Program-made: the position numbers and the translations under genes
Notes under the pieces: generated by a model
What the model was told of the DNA's origin: nothing
Seen by the model: only the letters and a program-made list of their open reading frames with translations
Databases searched by the model: none
Assembly (NCBI GenBank): GCA_004524535.1
Contig: SDNY01000021.1
Location: forward strand, 1 to 38,737
Length of the DNA stretch: 38,737 bases
Source of the DNA: Promethearchaeota archaeon
GTDB taxonomy: Archaea; Asgardarchaeota; Lokiarchaeia; Sigyniarchaeales; SOKP01
Direction: 5' to 3'
Shown here: positions 28,415-38,185 of the stretch, one piece after another
Layout: each line of letters opens with the position of its first letter
How positions within the stretch are numbered: the stretch's first letter is position 1

Positions 28415-28831
28415 TTAAAAAAATTCCTTGTAAGATATTGCTAAAGCGATTATCCCAAGAATTAAAAAAGCAACAAAATAAAAATAGTTCATACTAAAAC
28501 CTAAAACTGGAAAAGTTAGAATTAATAATGAGCTAAACATAATACAAACACTTATTAGGAAATAAATCCAAGCCCACTTTTCCTTTTTATAGAATCCAAA
28601 GAATAAAATAAATAAATTTGCGATTGATATCGTTATAACATAAATTCCCATTAATCGAATAAAAGCTTCTATTAATATCATTAATTCAGAATCATATGCT
28701 TTCACATTACTTTCAGTTTTGCCGGTAAAAGCTACGTGATATGGCAAAAATGTGCCAGAGATTGCATAGATAAGCCCAAGTACAAAACTAAATAGAATAA
28801 TTATAAAAATCAGGATTATAGCAATATTCAA
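28415..28831 (-). CDS. Hypothetical membrane protein, about 4 TM
   Basis: Hydrophobic segments; FLPYHVAFTG and EKWAW motifs. Confidence 0.65.
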   Translation of the reverse strand: MNIAIILIFIIILFSFVLGLIYAISGTFLPYHVAFTGKTESNVKAYDSELMILIEAFIRLMGIYVITISIANLFILFFGFYKKEKWAWIYFLISVCIMFSSLLILTFPVLGFSMNYFYFVAFLILGIIALAISYKEFF

Positions 28832-28954
28832 TCTTTTAGAATCTGTTAGTATTTTATATCACTTTTTTTTTATTAAAATGAATTTAATTAAGATTTATTT
28901 TAAGAATATATAAAACTTTAATTTCTTAAATAAAGATAAATTTTTAATCGTATT

Positions 28955-30148
28955 ATGGATGCTCGGGAGAGACTTCTTTTAGCTTTAAATCACGAAGAAC
29001 CTGATAGGGTACCGTCATTTGAGATTGAAATTGATAATATCGATGTATGCCAACACTTTAATGAAGAATATGTTTATACTGGGATCTCTAAAAGCATTGA
29101 CGATTTGTATAATCTAAGCAATGGAAATATAGAACAGCTAACAAAAACAGTTCTTGGTGCAACAGAATCACGATCCTTTCTAAAAAATATTTATAAAAAG
29201 CAATTTGGACTTTATGATAAAATTGGTATTGATCTATTCGCTTGTCCTTTAACTGGATATATTATGATGCCCTCTAAAATAGATAAAACATCATTTATAG
29301 ATGAATACGGAAGAATATTTGATCTCAAAGCAAATCCTGCAGATGGTTTAGAGTTATTTTATTATAGAGATGGCTTATGTAAGACTTTTGAAGATTATCA
29401 TGAACTCCCAAAACCAGATCCAGATAATCCAAGAAGAAAAAAATACTTCATGGCAATGAAAAAGGTCGAAAAAGAATATAATGGTAGAGTGTACGGGGCT
29501 CCCGCGCTATGGAGTACATTTGAAGCAACTTGGCAAACTTTTGGCTTTACGGAATTCTCTAAATTGCTCACTCGGCCTAAGCAAATGAAAGAAGTCTTTG
29601 ACGAGAAGGGCAAATTTTTAGTAGAGGTTTTGAAAAGATTTATTGAATGGGGCGAAGAGAGCATTGTATTTGTCTTTGATGATTTTGGCTATAAAACAGG
29701 GTTGATGATAAGTCCAAAAGATTATAATAAATATGTTATTCCTTGGTTAAATCAGCTCTGCAAAATAGCTCACAAGGCGGGCCTTAAAGTTGCTTTACAT
29801 AGTTGTGGCGAAATATCAAAAATTCTCGACGATCTTATAAAAGCAGGAATAGATGGACTTCATCCTATAGAGCCAACCACGGCGAATCCTAATTATAATA
29901 TTTTTAATTTGAAAGAAAAATATGGAGATAAGATTACGCTTATTGGGAATGTATCACCTCAAGATCTCGCGGATAAAGATCCTGACTATATAATGGAATA
30001 TACAAAACGATTAATTGAAGAGATTGGTCCCGGAGGGGGCTTTATTCTAAGTTCTGGTCATAGTATTAATCCCGCAGTAAAATTAGAAAACTTTCTTGCA
30101 ATGCATGAGACATTGAAAAAATACGGTAATTATCCAATCGAGATTTAA
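28955..30148 (+). CDS. Uroporphyrinogen decarboxylase (UroD)/MtaA-CmuA methyltransferase family protein
   Basis: ARERLLLALNHEEPDRVP, DDFG, LHSCG, GIDGLHPIE, LIGNV and GGGFILSSGH motifs. Confidence 0.88.
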   Translation: MDARERLLLALNHEEPDRVPSFEIEIDNIDVCQHFNEEYVYTGISKSIDDLYNLSNGNIEQLTKTVLGATESRSFLKNIYKKQFGLYDKIGIDLFACPLTGYIMMPSKIDKTSFIDEYGRIFDLKANPADGLELFYYRDGLCKTFEDYHELPKPDPDNPRRKKYFMAMKKVEKEYNGRVYGAPALWSTFEATWQTFGFTEFSKLLTRPKQMKEVFDEKGKFLVEVLKRFIEWGEESIVFVFDDFGYKTGLMISPKDYNKYVIPWLNQLCKIAHKAGLKVALHSCGEISKILDDLIKAGIDGLHPIEPTTANPNYNIFNLKEKYGDKITLIGNVSPQDLADKDPDYIMEYTKRLIEEIGPGGGFILSSGHSINPAVKLENFLAMHETLKKYGNYPIEI

Positions 30149-30370
30149 AGGCGCTGGTAAAATATCGTTCGGCTCTGCTCCATACAAACATCTGTTCGAT
30201 CCGTATGTCGATGGGGCCTGTTAATCATTTTTTTTGACACCAATAATGCAACTGAAATTTAAATGGAAATCATCGTTTGGAAAATCTAATTGAAAAAATA
30301 AAATAGTAAGTTTTTAATAATTATTTTTGTATTACATTTATGACATTTAAAAATAAAATGTGTATATTTT

Positions 30371-30646
30371 ATGGGAATTTTAAATGATCTTGGTGTAGAT
30401 GAAAATCGTCTAACTGGAATTGTAAAGAAACATGATGAAAGTATGAAGTGGATGTACGAAAATATGGAGAATCTTCAAAAATCATACGCGAGTAAATTTA
30501 TAGCGATTTATAACAAAAAAATTGTAGGATCAGATGCAAAAAAGACAGAATTATTCAATACATTAAAGCAAAAGTATACGGATGATGAATTAGAAGAAAT
30601 TTATATTGATTTTATAAATCCTAAGGGGTATATTCTAATCCTTTAA
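30371..30646 (+). CDS. DUF5678-like small protein
   Basis: WMYENMENLQKSYASKFIAIYNKKIVGS matches the W...L...Y.G..IA...G.IV pattern as I recall it. Confidence 0.65.
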   Translation: MGILNDLGVDENRLTGIVKKHDESMKWMYENMENLQKSYASKFIAIYNKKIVGSDAKKTELFNTLKQKYTDDELEEIYIDFINPKGYILIL

Positions 30647-30656
30647 ATCTCAATTT

Positions 30657-31091
30657 TTGGAAAAAATGCAGTTCGAAGCTAGAATAACCCCTGATGGTGC
30701 TTTTATTCCCGCATTAATTACATGTAATGAATTTTCATTATTTAGACATATATATTTTTTAATAGATACGGGTTCTGCGATTTCAGCTTTGAGTAGTAAA
30801 GACCTTGGAGGAGATATAGATTATTCTAGTTTTGATAAGAAATCAGAAGCTGCAATTGGAATAGGAGGATCATTAGAATGTTATTTAATTCATGAAGTTA
30901 AATTATTTCTGTTTACCGCAGAAGAAAATTGGATAGAATTAACTAGATTTGATTCCATGTGTTTATTGCCACCTTCTATCGATCTCTTAACTAAAACTCG
31001 CATATACCTTCCTTCAATTATAGGAAGAGATATTTTGGGTACTATTTTAGATCTATATTATTTGAAGGATAAGATATATTTGGAAATTTAA
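30657..31091 (+). CDS. Retropepsin-like (clan AA) aspartyl protease
   Basis: FLIDTGS catalytic motif, GIGG flap and SIIGRDIL motif. Confidence 0.85.
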   Translation: MEKMQFEARITPDGAFIPALITCNEFSLFRHIYFLIDTGSAISALSSKDLGGDIDYSSFDKKSEAAIGIGGSLECYLIHEVKLFLFTAEENWIELTRFDSMCLLPPSIDLLTKTRIYLPSIIGRDILGTILDLYYLKDKIYLEI

Positions 31092-31321
31092 TTTAACAGT
31101 TAATAACTTTTTCTAATTAAAACTTATTAATTCCAGAAACAAATTTAAACAATCCATTAATTTTTTAAATCAGTGTATTAAAAATCACGGGAAAAAGTAT
31201 TTACAATCATTTTTTATCTGAAAAAACATAGTAATTATCCAATCAAGATTTAAATTACTAATCTAAAACTATAAATAGAATTCATCGTGAAAAAACAATA
31301 TAACGTATAAGATATAGTAAA

Positions 31322-32470
31322 ATGTCTGAAACTAAATTAAAAAAGTCCAAAAGATTAAGAGGTTTTGCCGCAACTTTAGGAAATAGACTTGAATTAGTTA
31401 AAGAAATGGATGAATTTAAGGAGTTTTCTAAGGATATTAGCATTAAATTATTGATGAACCCATTAGATGGAAAATATGCTGCGTTAATAACTATCGATAA
31501 AGGAACATTGAACATTGAAGGAATCCGCAATGATGACCCAAGTAATTTAAAGAAGAAGAAACTGGGTTGGAATGGTAAAATGGCAATGAAATTGCAACTC
31601 TTTCTGGAACTTGCTTCAGGAAAGATATCGCAGGGTAAATTATTGGGAATGGTTGCTATAGGGAAAATTAAGGTTAGAGGTCTTGTTTATTTCGTTATTC
31701 TTCAAAAATTATTCTCCTTTTTACCTGATAGTGAGGAGTCAAAGCCAAAATATCTTGAAAATAGAACTAAACCATTTATTGCTGCTAAATTATTCTTTTT
31801 CTCTGGGCTCCTTCACATAGCTATTGGCATTTTAGCCTTCGGGCTAGTAAGTGTACCTTTAACTGCTTTTCTCTTTGCATTTTTTGTTATTTGGCTTTCT
31901 ATTTGGTTTAATAGATTAGTAAAAGCCAATGTAATGAATGATACGGAAATATTAATATCTATAACTATAATCACTATATTAAACTCTATGAATTATTTGA
32001 TATTCATACTCGAGGGAGTTACAGAGGGACGATTTTTTTTGAATATACTTATGTACATTGTGTTAAGTCTCAATCTAATAAATTTCTTAATATTTTTTAG
32101 CACAAAATCTAAGTTAAATAGTATGGATATGGATGAGAAACTAAATTATTTCTCTATTTTATTAATGAGAGGTTTAGGAATGAATTTCTTTTTTAGATTT
32201 CTAGATTTTATTCGAGCACCAGATCCTCATTATTTAATAGCAATTTTTTGCATTATATTAGGTACATGTATTATAATATATGGAAATAAGGTAATGAATA
32301 AAGAGGATAGGAAAGTTCAGATTATAGCTTTAATATTGCTATGCCTTTCAATAATATATTCGTTATTAATATATATGTTTATTGTGCTAGCTTTGTGTAT
32401 GCTTTTTAACATAGTGTTATTCAGTGTAGTGGTTTTGATTCGATTTTATTATATAATAAAGAAATTTTAA
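31322..32470 (+). CDS. N-terminal SCP2 (sterol carrier)-like domain fused to a multi-pass membrane domain
   Basis: FLELASGKI...GKIKVRG SCP2 signature in the first ~133 aa; about 8 hydrophobic segments after it. Confidence 0.6.
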   Translation: MSETKLKKSKRLRGFAATLGNRLELVKEMDEFKEFSKDISIKLLMNPLDGKYAALITIDKGTLNIEGIRNDDPSNLKKKKLGWNGKMAMKLQLFLELASGKISQGKLLGMVAIGKIKVRGLVYFVILQKLFSFLPDSEESKPKYLENRTKPFIAAKLFFFSGLLHIAIGILAFGLVSVPLTAFLFAFFVIWLSIWFNRLVKANVMNDTEILISITIITILNSMNYLIFILEGVTEGRFFLNILMYIVLSLNLINFLIFFSTKSKLNSMDMDEKLNYFSILLMRGLGMNFFFRFLDFIRAPDPHYLIAIFCIILGTCIIIYGNKVMNKEDRKVQIIALILLCLSIIYSLLIYMFIVLALCMLFNIVLFSVVVLIRFYYIIKKF

Positions 32471-32487
32471 CTTAAAAACAATAAAGA

Positions 32488-33624
32488 ATGGATTTAAAAG
32501 AATTAAAGGGAGCAGTAAAAAAAATAGTTCATAATTCGGGAGCTAAATTGGTTGGTGTTGGCAGTAGAGAACGCCTTAAGGAAGCACCCCCCTCAGGCAA
32601 TATGGATTATTGTCTTCCCGGCGCACAAAGTTGTATCATTTTTGCTTATCCTAATCCAATAGAAGCCCTTGAAAGTTATTTTTCTAAGAAAGAAAGGATG
32701 AGCCTTAAAAAAGTACTCCATGATTCATATACAAATGCATGGAAAGCGGCACAAAATATAGCAGAATTAATTGAAAAAAATACAGAGTATACTACATTTC
32801 CCGTCATTCCAAATTTAAAATACAGAAAAGAAGACAAAAAAGCATTTTCTAATGTTTTTAAAGCGGATATAGCATATCCAGATTTTTCTCTACGATATGG
32901 AGCTGTAGCAGCGGGATTGGGTCATATAGGATGGTCGGGAAATTTAGTAACAAAAGAATATGGTGGATCATTATTTTTAGGAGGTGTTCTAACTACAGCA
33001 CCACTTGAACCAGACCCGATGGCAGAGGAAAATTATTGTAATAAGTGTAAAATATGTATAAAAGCTTGTACTTCTGGTTATCCTTCTATGGATGAGGAAG
33101 AAAATACACAAGAAGTAATAATTGGAGGACAAAAAGAGATTTATTCTAAGCGGGGGACATATACAAAATGTGGGATAAGCTGTGCTGGCTTAGCAGGATT
33201 ATCTGAGGATGGAACCTGGACAATATGGTCGCCTAATCATATCTGTTTAAAAAAAATATCAAGTGAAGATTGGCAGGATCTTAAAGTTAGGCAAAAAATA
33301 ATAGTTGAAATTTTGAATAATCCATCAGAAAATATACAAAAAGTGAATAAAGAGCTTCTAAAATCATTTGCACTTGCGGCGAAACGTGAAAATATGGCTT
33401 TATTATCCTTAGAGCAACGTGAGTTCCCCCGTTGTGGTAATTGTGCTTTTATTTGCGTATCTTCTCCTTCTAAGAGAGCCGAACTATATAAAATGTTAAC
33501 AAGTAGTGGGAAAGTATATATAGATGACGAAGGAAAAGAATATGTTAAGAAGATAGATGAGAATGGTAATGAAATAACGTATTATCCCCCGACTTTGGAA
33601 GAATATTTCAGTAAAAAAAAATAA
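32488..33624 (+). CDS. Epoxyqueuosine reductase (QueG)/reductive dehalogenase-like Fe-S protein
   Basis: GAKLVGVG, FSLRYGAVAAGLGHIGWSG..VTKEYG...GGVLT, CNKCKICIKAC and CGNCAFIC motifs. Confidence 0.78.
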   Translation: MDLKELKGAVKKIVHNSGAKLVGVGSRERLKEAPPSGNMDYCLPGAQSCIIFAYPNPIEALESYFSKKERMSLKKVLHDSYTNAWKAAQNIAELIEKNTEYTTFPVIPNLKYRKEDKKAFSNVFKADIAYPDFSLRYGAVAAGLGHIGWSGNLVTKEYGGSLFLGGVLTTAPLEPDPMAEENYCNKCKICIKACTSGYPSMDEEENTQEVIIGGQKEIYSKRGTYTKCGISCAGLAGLSEDGTWTIWSPNHICLKKISSEDWQDLKVRQKIIVEILNNPSENIQKVNKELLKSFALAAKRENMALLSLEQREFPRCGNCAFICVSSPSKRAELYKMLTSSGKVYIDDEGKEYVKKIDENGNEITYYPPTLEEYFSKKK

Positions 33625-33658
33625 AATAATTAGAACAAATTGTTCATTTTTCTGTTTT

Positions 33659-35182
33659 TTAAATTTCTAAAATGCCGTCCCATGCTTTACGTTCTTTATC
33701 TAAGAGTGCATTTTCAACTTTCCATTCAGTTCCAAGGACCATTGTCGCTCTCTTCTTAGTATCATAAGCTGGCCACTCGGGAATGTCTTTATGGTTAGGA
33801 TTTCCAGTATGAGCAAACGCAATCCAAGTATCCATCATCTTTTCACTGAGTAAATCCGCATCTGGACCTTTACCAAAAAAAAGATCAGCTTTAGGTACAT
33901 CAAGTGTACCAAAGGCAAAAGGAATTTCCATGGCATGGCAAGAACCTAATTTTCCTTTAAATGCTGGTGAAGGCCATGTAAAAAAATAATTGTATACATT
34001 TGAGTTATGGATCTGATGAGCTTCTGCAAAACGAATTTCTGGGATACGAAATACAAAATCAGTACCAATAGCATCAAAAATTTCAATAGGATTAGTAGAA
34101 GCTACATCTTTCATAGTGTCTTTATATACTTCAAGAATCTGCAAACTCTTAGTGTCATCGATATCCATTCTGCTTAAGAGAGCAGATATCAATCTAGGAA
34201 AAGTTTCTTCTTTTATTTCTTTAAATCTAGGATCTAATATCGTCCATAGTTTATATTCATCTTTATTACTTCCTATTAATAAATCAATATTTTTACCTGC
34301 TCCCTTTCTTAGTGCTTCTAATGGATGTGTGGGAAGTACATCTCCATCAATACGGGGGCGAAAATCCATTATTTCATTTGTGCCCTCCTTTTCTAACTTA
34401 GCTAAAACCTTATCTTGAGCGGCAATTATTTTTTCGGGCGGAATCTTTCGAAGCGCATCGATATCTCCTTCCTTAATATCCAATTCACGAAATAAATTCT
34501 CAGTGCTTTTTCTTGCTGGTTTTGGCATAAGCATTGGCGCACTTTGAGAAATAACACGGTGGAAAAGTCCATTCGCAGCTGGCATAGCCATTAGAGTTAT
34601 AACTGAAATCCCTCCAGCCGACTCACCAAAGGTTAAAATATTATTTGGATCACCACCAAAGATTTCAATATTATCACGAATCCATTTAAGTGCAGCAATT
34701 TGATCTAACATCCCGATATTAGCAGTTACACCAGCAGCATTTAAAAAACCTAAAGCACCTAATCGATAATTAATAGTAACTACCACAACATTACCACGTC
34801 GGGTTAAATTTGAACCGTCGTAAATAGGGAACGCTCCACCCCCAGTAATGTAACCTCCCCCATGAATCCATACCATTACTGGACGTCTAGCATTATCAAT
34901 ATTAGGAGTCCATATATTTAGTGTTAAACAATCTGTTTCGCTTTGCCATCCTGGTTTTCCAAATAAGGCGTCAAGAGGAGAAAACCCTTGATATACATAG
35001 GGGCCATGTTTAGTAGCATCATGTACATTACTCCAAGCCTCTCTCTCAGCTGGTGGGCTAAAACGTAACCGCCCTACTGGCGAGGCTGCATATGGTATAC
35101 CCTTAAAGATTTGTATACCATTGTTAATATAGCCTTGAACTTTACCAGATTTAGTTTCAATAATATCAGTTTTTTCGTGCAT
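33659..35182 (-). CDS. Type-B carboxylesterase (pNB esterase-like)
   Basis: FKGIPYA, DCLTLNIW, WIHGGG, FGESAG, catalytic E (NKDE) and H (CHAMEIP). Confidence 0.93.
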   Translation of the reverse strand: MHEKTDIIETKSGKVQGYINNGIQIFKGIPYAASPVGRLRFSPPAEREAWSNVHDATKHGPYVYQGFSPLDALFGKPGWQSETDCLTLNIWTPNIDNARRPVMVWIHGGGYITGGGAFPIYDGSNLTRRGNVVVVTINYRLGALGFLNAAGVTANIGMLDQIAALKWIRDNIEIFGGDPNNILTFGESAGGISVITLMAMPAANGLFHRVISQSAPMLMPKPARKSTENLFRELDIKEGDIDALRKIPPEKIIAAQDKVLAKLEKEGTNEIMDFRPRIDGDVLPTHPLEALRKGAGKNIDLLIGSNKDEYKLWTILDPRFKEIKEETFPRLISALLSRMDIDDTKSLQILEVYKDTMKDVASTNPIEIFDAIGTDFVFRIPEIRFAEAHQIHNSNVYNYFFTWPSPAFKGKLGSCHAMEIPFAFGTLDVPKADLFFGKGPDADLLSEKMMDTWIAFAHTGNPNHKDIPEWPAYDTKKRATMVLGTEWKVENALLDKERKAWDGILEI

Positions 35183-35241
35183 AATATTATTTATTAACCA
35201 CTATTTATTAAATAGAGATAAATAGAAAAAGTTGAAAAACA
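35180..35241. repeat. Upstream/promoter region homologous to 36815..36876
   Basis: cataatattatt...tattaaat..agataaat.gaaaa.gttgaaaaaca is shared by both esterase upstream regions. Confidence 0.8.
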
Positions 35242-35299
35242 ATTCTAAAATCACAAATCAGGGAATTAAAAAAAAAGATAAAAAAAAAATAACTCAATT

Positions 35300-36817
35300 T
35301 TAGACTTCTAAAAGTCCATCCCAAGCAGCTCTTTCTTTATCAAAGAGTGCATTTTCAACTCTACATTCTTCTGCTAAGATCATTGTTGCTCGTTTTTCAG
35401 CGTCATATGCAGGCCATTCGGGGAGTCCATCATGGTTGGGATTGCCAGTTTTTGCAAATGCAATCCAAGCATCCATAATTTTTTCGGATAATTCACGAGG
35501 AGCCCCTTTAACAAAATCTTTTAGAACTGGATTATTAAGAGTTCCAAATACAAATGGAAGCTCCAATGCATGACATGCACCTAATCTGCCATTTAGTCCA
35601 GGAGATTTCCAATCAAATAAATAATTATATGTGTTAGGTTGGTGTGGTCTCTGAGCCTCAAGCAGGCGGATTGTAGATATACGGAATGCATAATCATTTA
35701 CAAGGGCGGTAAAAAGATCTGTTGGTTCATTTGAGTATTTTCCCTCTCTTGCTTCTTTATAGACATCAATGATTTTAGCGCTTCTCTCTGAAGGGATTCC
35801 TGCCATTCCTAAAAATCCGACTAAGAGTTTTACAACGTCACCATCTTCTATTAAGTTTTTCAACTGTTCTTGTTCAGAAAATAGTTTAAACTCATCCATA
35901 TTAGACCCAATCATAAAATCTATATCAGCACAGTCTCCATCTCTAAAAGCTTGCAATGGATGCTTAGGCCAAATATTACCATCAATCATAGGTCTTAATG
36001 CCATAATATTCGTGGGATCAGCTTCAAATACCGCATTTTGAGCGTCAATGATTTTTTCGGGAGGAATTTTAAGGAGATCTTCGAAAGTCCCTTTTCTTAA
36101 ACCTAATTTACGCATCATCTTCTTAGTAGTTTTGTCATCTATTTCAGGGGGAATAGTTGGGGCACTCTGACCAATAACCCTTCGAAATAATCCTTTTGCG
36201 TCTGTCATTGAGCATAAGGAAACTACAGAATACCCTCCTGCAGATTCACCAAAGATTGTTACATTATCAGGATCACCACCAAATTTAGAAATATTTTCAT
36301 TGACCCATTTCAATGCGGCTATTTGGTCAAGAGATCCTACATTAAGAGTCTTTTTTCCTTTAAAATTAAGGTACCCAAAAGAGCCTAACCTATAGTTAAT
36401 CGTGACTATTACAATGTTACCACGCTTAGCTAAAGCAGATCCATCATATATTGGATTAGCACCTGTTCCGGTAATGAAGGCGCCACCATGTATCCAAACC
36501 ATAACAGGACGTTTTCCATCATCAGTTGCGGGAGTCCAAATATTTAAATTTAAGCAATCTTCATCTTCTGGGCCATCTTTACCAAGAAATTCTTCGAGTT
36601 GTGTGTATCCTTGCCATGCAACATTCCCATATTTAGTTGTTTCGAGCACATCATCCCATGGTTTCTTAGCAACGGGGGGGAGAAACCTTAATTCTCCAAT
36701 TGGAGGTTCTGCAAATGGTATATTCTTAAATATCTCTAATCCATCTTCTTTGTAGCCTTGAATCTTTCCAGATTTAATTTCAATAATATCAGTTTTTTCA
36801 ATAATTTCTGTTTTCAT
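35300..36817 (-). CDS. Type-B carboxylesterase, tandem paralog
   Basis: EDCLNLNIW, WIHGGA, FGESAG, NMDE and CHALELP motifs. Confidence 0.93.
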   Translation of the reverse strand: MKTEIIEKTDIIEIKSGKIQGYKEDGLEIFKNIPFAEPPIGELRFLPPVAKKPWDDVLETTKYGNVAWQGYTQLEEFLGKDGPEDEDCLNLNIWTPATDDGKRPVMVWIHGGAFITGTGANPIYDGSALAKRGNIVIVTINYRLGSFGYLNFKGKKTLNVGSLDQIAALKWVNENISKFGGDPDNVTIFGESAGGYSVVSLCSMTDAKGLFRRVIGQSAPTIPPEIDDKTTKKMMRKLGLRKGTFEDLLKIPPEKIIDAQNAVFEADPTNIMALRPMIDGNIWPKHPLQAFRDGDCADIDFMIGSNMDEFKLFSEQEQLKNLIEDGDVVKLLVGFLGMAGIPSERSAKIIDVYKEAREGKYSNEPTDLFTALVNDYAFRISTIRLLEAQRPHQPNTYNYLFDWKSPGLNGRLGACHALELPFVFGTLNNPVLKDFVKGAPRELSEKIMDAWIAFAKTGNPNHDGLPEWPAYDAEKRATMILAEECRVENALFDKERAAWDGLLEV

Positions 36818-36875
36818 AATATTATTGTATTAATCACCATTATTAAATCAAGATAAATTGAAAAGGTTGAAAAAC

Positions 36876-38120
36876 ATGAGTGATAAAGTTTATGTATTTG
36901 GCGTGGGAATGATTAAGTTTGGCAAATATCTTGAAAAAGATATTAAGCAACTAACGGGAGAAGCACTTGAGTCACTCCTAAAGGACTGTGACTTAAATTC
37001 GAAGCAAATAGAGGCCGCCTGGTTCAGCAACTCCGGCTGGGGAATGAGTGAAGATTTTCAGCATTGTATACGGGGGCAAGTAGCACTTACTGCCAATGGC
37101 ATTGATAAAATACCTATAACAAATGTGGAGAATGCTTGCGCTGGCGGGAGTACCGCTTTTCAAGGAGCTTGGATGTCAATAAAAGCGGGAGTTTTTGATT
37201 GTGCCCTAGCTATCGGTGTTGAAAAACTATATTTTGAGGATCGATCTAGGGTAATGGAAGGTTTTCTCGCAGGGACAGATGTGGTAAAAACTCGTAAACT
37301 TATAGAGCAATTAAAAAAAATGGCTGAAAAACGAAAGGCGATGATGGCAAAAAAACAGGGAACTGAAGTAAAAGGAAAAAAAGGTCATTCGGCGTTTATG
37401 GACCTTTATGCAGCAGCGGCCCGCGTGCATATGAAAAAATATGGCTTAACACAAAGACAATTGGCTATTGTAGCCGCGAAAAACCATAATAATTCAACTC
37501 TAAATCCTCTTGCCCAATACACTTTTCCTATGACAGTAGAGCAAGTAATGGAAGATTATGAAGTTTCTTATCCCCTGACTAGGTCTATGTGCGCTCCAAT
37601 CGGAGATGGTGCTGCGGCAGCTATTTTATGCTCAGAGAAGTTTTTAAACCAACATCCAAATTCAAGAAAAATCTTAATACGAGCATCGGTTTTGCAATCT
37701 GGTTCTTGGAACAAAAATGATATTGCCGCACGTGCTGCCAAAATCGCCTATGAAATGGCCGATCTTGAGCCTAAAGATATAAATGTGGCAGAAGTTCACG
37801 ATGCTACCGCGTTTGGAGAGGTAAACCAAGTCGAGCAAATGGGGTTTTGCCCCATTGGGAAGGGAGGGGAATTTGCAGAGAGCGGAGCCACAGCTCTTGA
37901 TGGAAAAATCCCAATTAACCCGAGTGGAGGATTACTTTCCCGTGGACATCCGATTGGAGCCAGTGGTTTGGCACAAATTTATGAATTGGTCACTCAATTA
38001 CGCGGAGAAGCTGGTAAAAGGCAGGTTAATCAACCAAAAATTGCCTTAGCTGAGAATGGAGGCGGTAATATAGGCCCTGGAGAAGCTGCCATGTGTGTAC
38101 ATATTTTAGAGAAGTTATGA
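36876..38120 (+). CDS. Thiolase family protein (archaeal/SCP2-type thiolase-like)
   Basis: VENACAGG, KNHNN, EVHDAT, NPSGGLLSRGHPIGASG motifs; ATG 36876 preferred to TTG 36858. Confidence 0.9.
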   Translation: MSDKVYVFGVGMIKFGKYLEKDIKQLTGEALESLLKDCDLNSKQIEAAWFSNSGWGMSEDFQHCIRGQVALTANGIDKIPITNVENACAGGSTAFQGAWMSIKAGVFDCALAIGVEKLYFEDRSRVMEGFLAGTDVVKTRKLIEQLKKMAEKRKAMMAKKQGTEVKGKKGHSAFMDLYAAAARVHMKKYGLTQRQLAIVAAKNHNNSTLNPLAQYTFPMTVEQVMEDYEVSYPLTRSMCAPIGDGAAAAILCSEKFLNQHPNSRKILIRASVLQSGSWNKNDIAARAAKIAYEMADLEPKDINVAEVHDATAFGEVNQVEQMGFCPIGKGGEFAESGATALDGKIPINPSGGLLSRGHPIGASGLAQIYELVTQLRGEAGKRQVNQPKIALAENGGGNIGPGEAAMCVHILEKL

Positions 38121-38185
38121 TTTATGTTTAAAAATAATCCTTTTTTATAATATCTAAAAATATTAAAAAAAAAAAGTAGAGTTTT

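Noticed and set aside
27518-30220. CAGGCCCC / GGGGCCTG as terminal inverted repeats of an element
   Set aside because: Only 8 bp, no extension, no target duplication and no transposase
30151-30235. SECIS element
   Set aside because: The AUGA...AA...GA spacing is not satisfied and no in-frame UGA selenoprotein candidate is nearby
2652-38049. Many 60-117 aa ORFs antisense to or nested in long genes (e.g. 8095, 14209, 16550, 34116, 36402, 37855)
   Set aside because: They overlap well-supported genes, show no motifs, and are expected shadows
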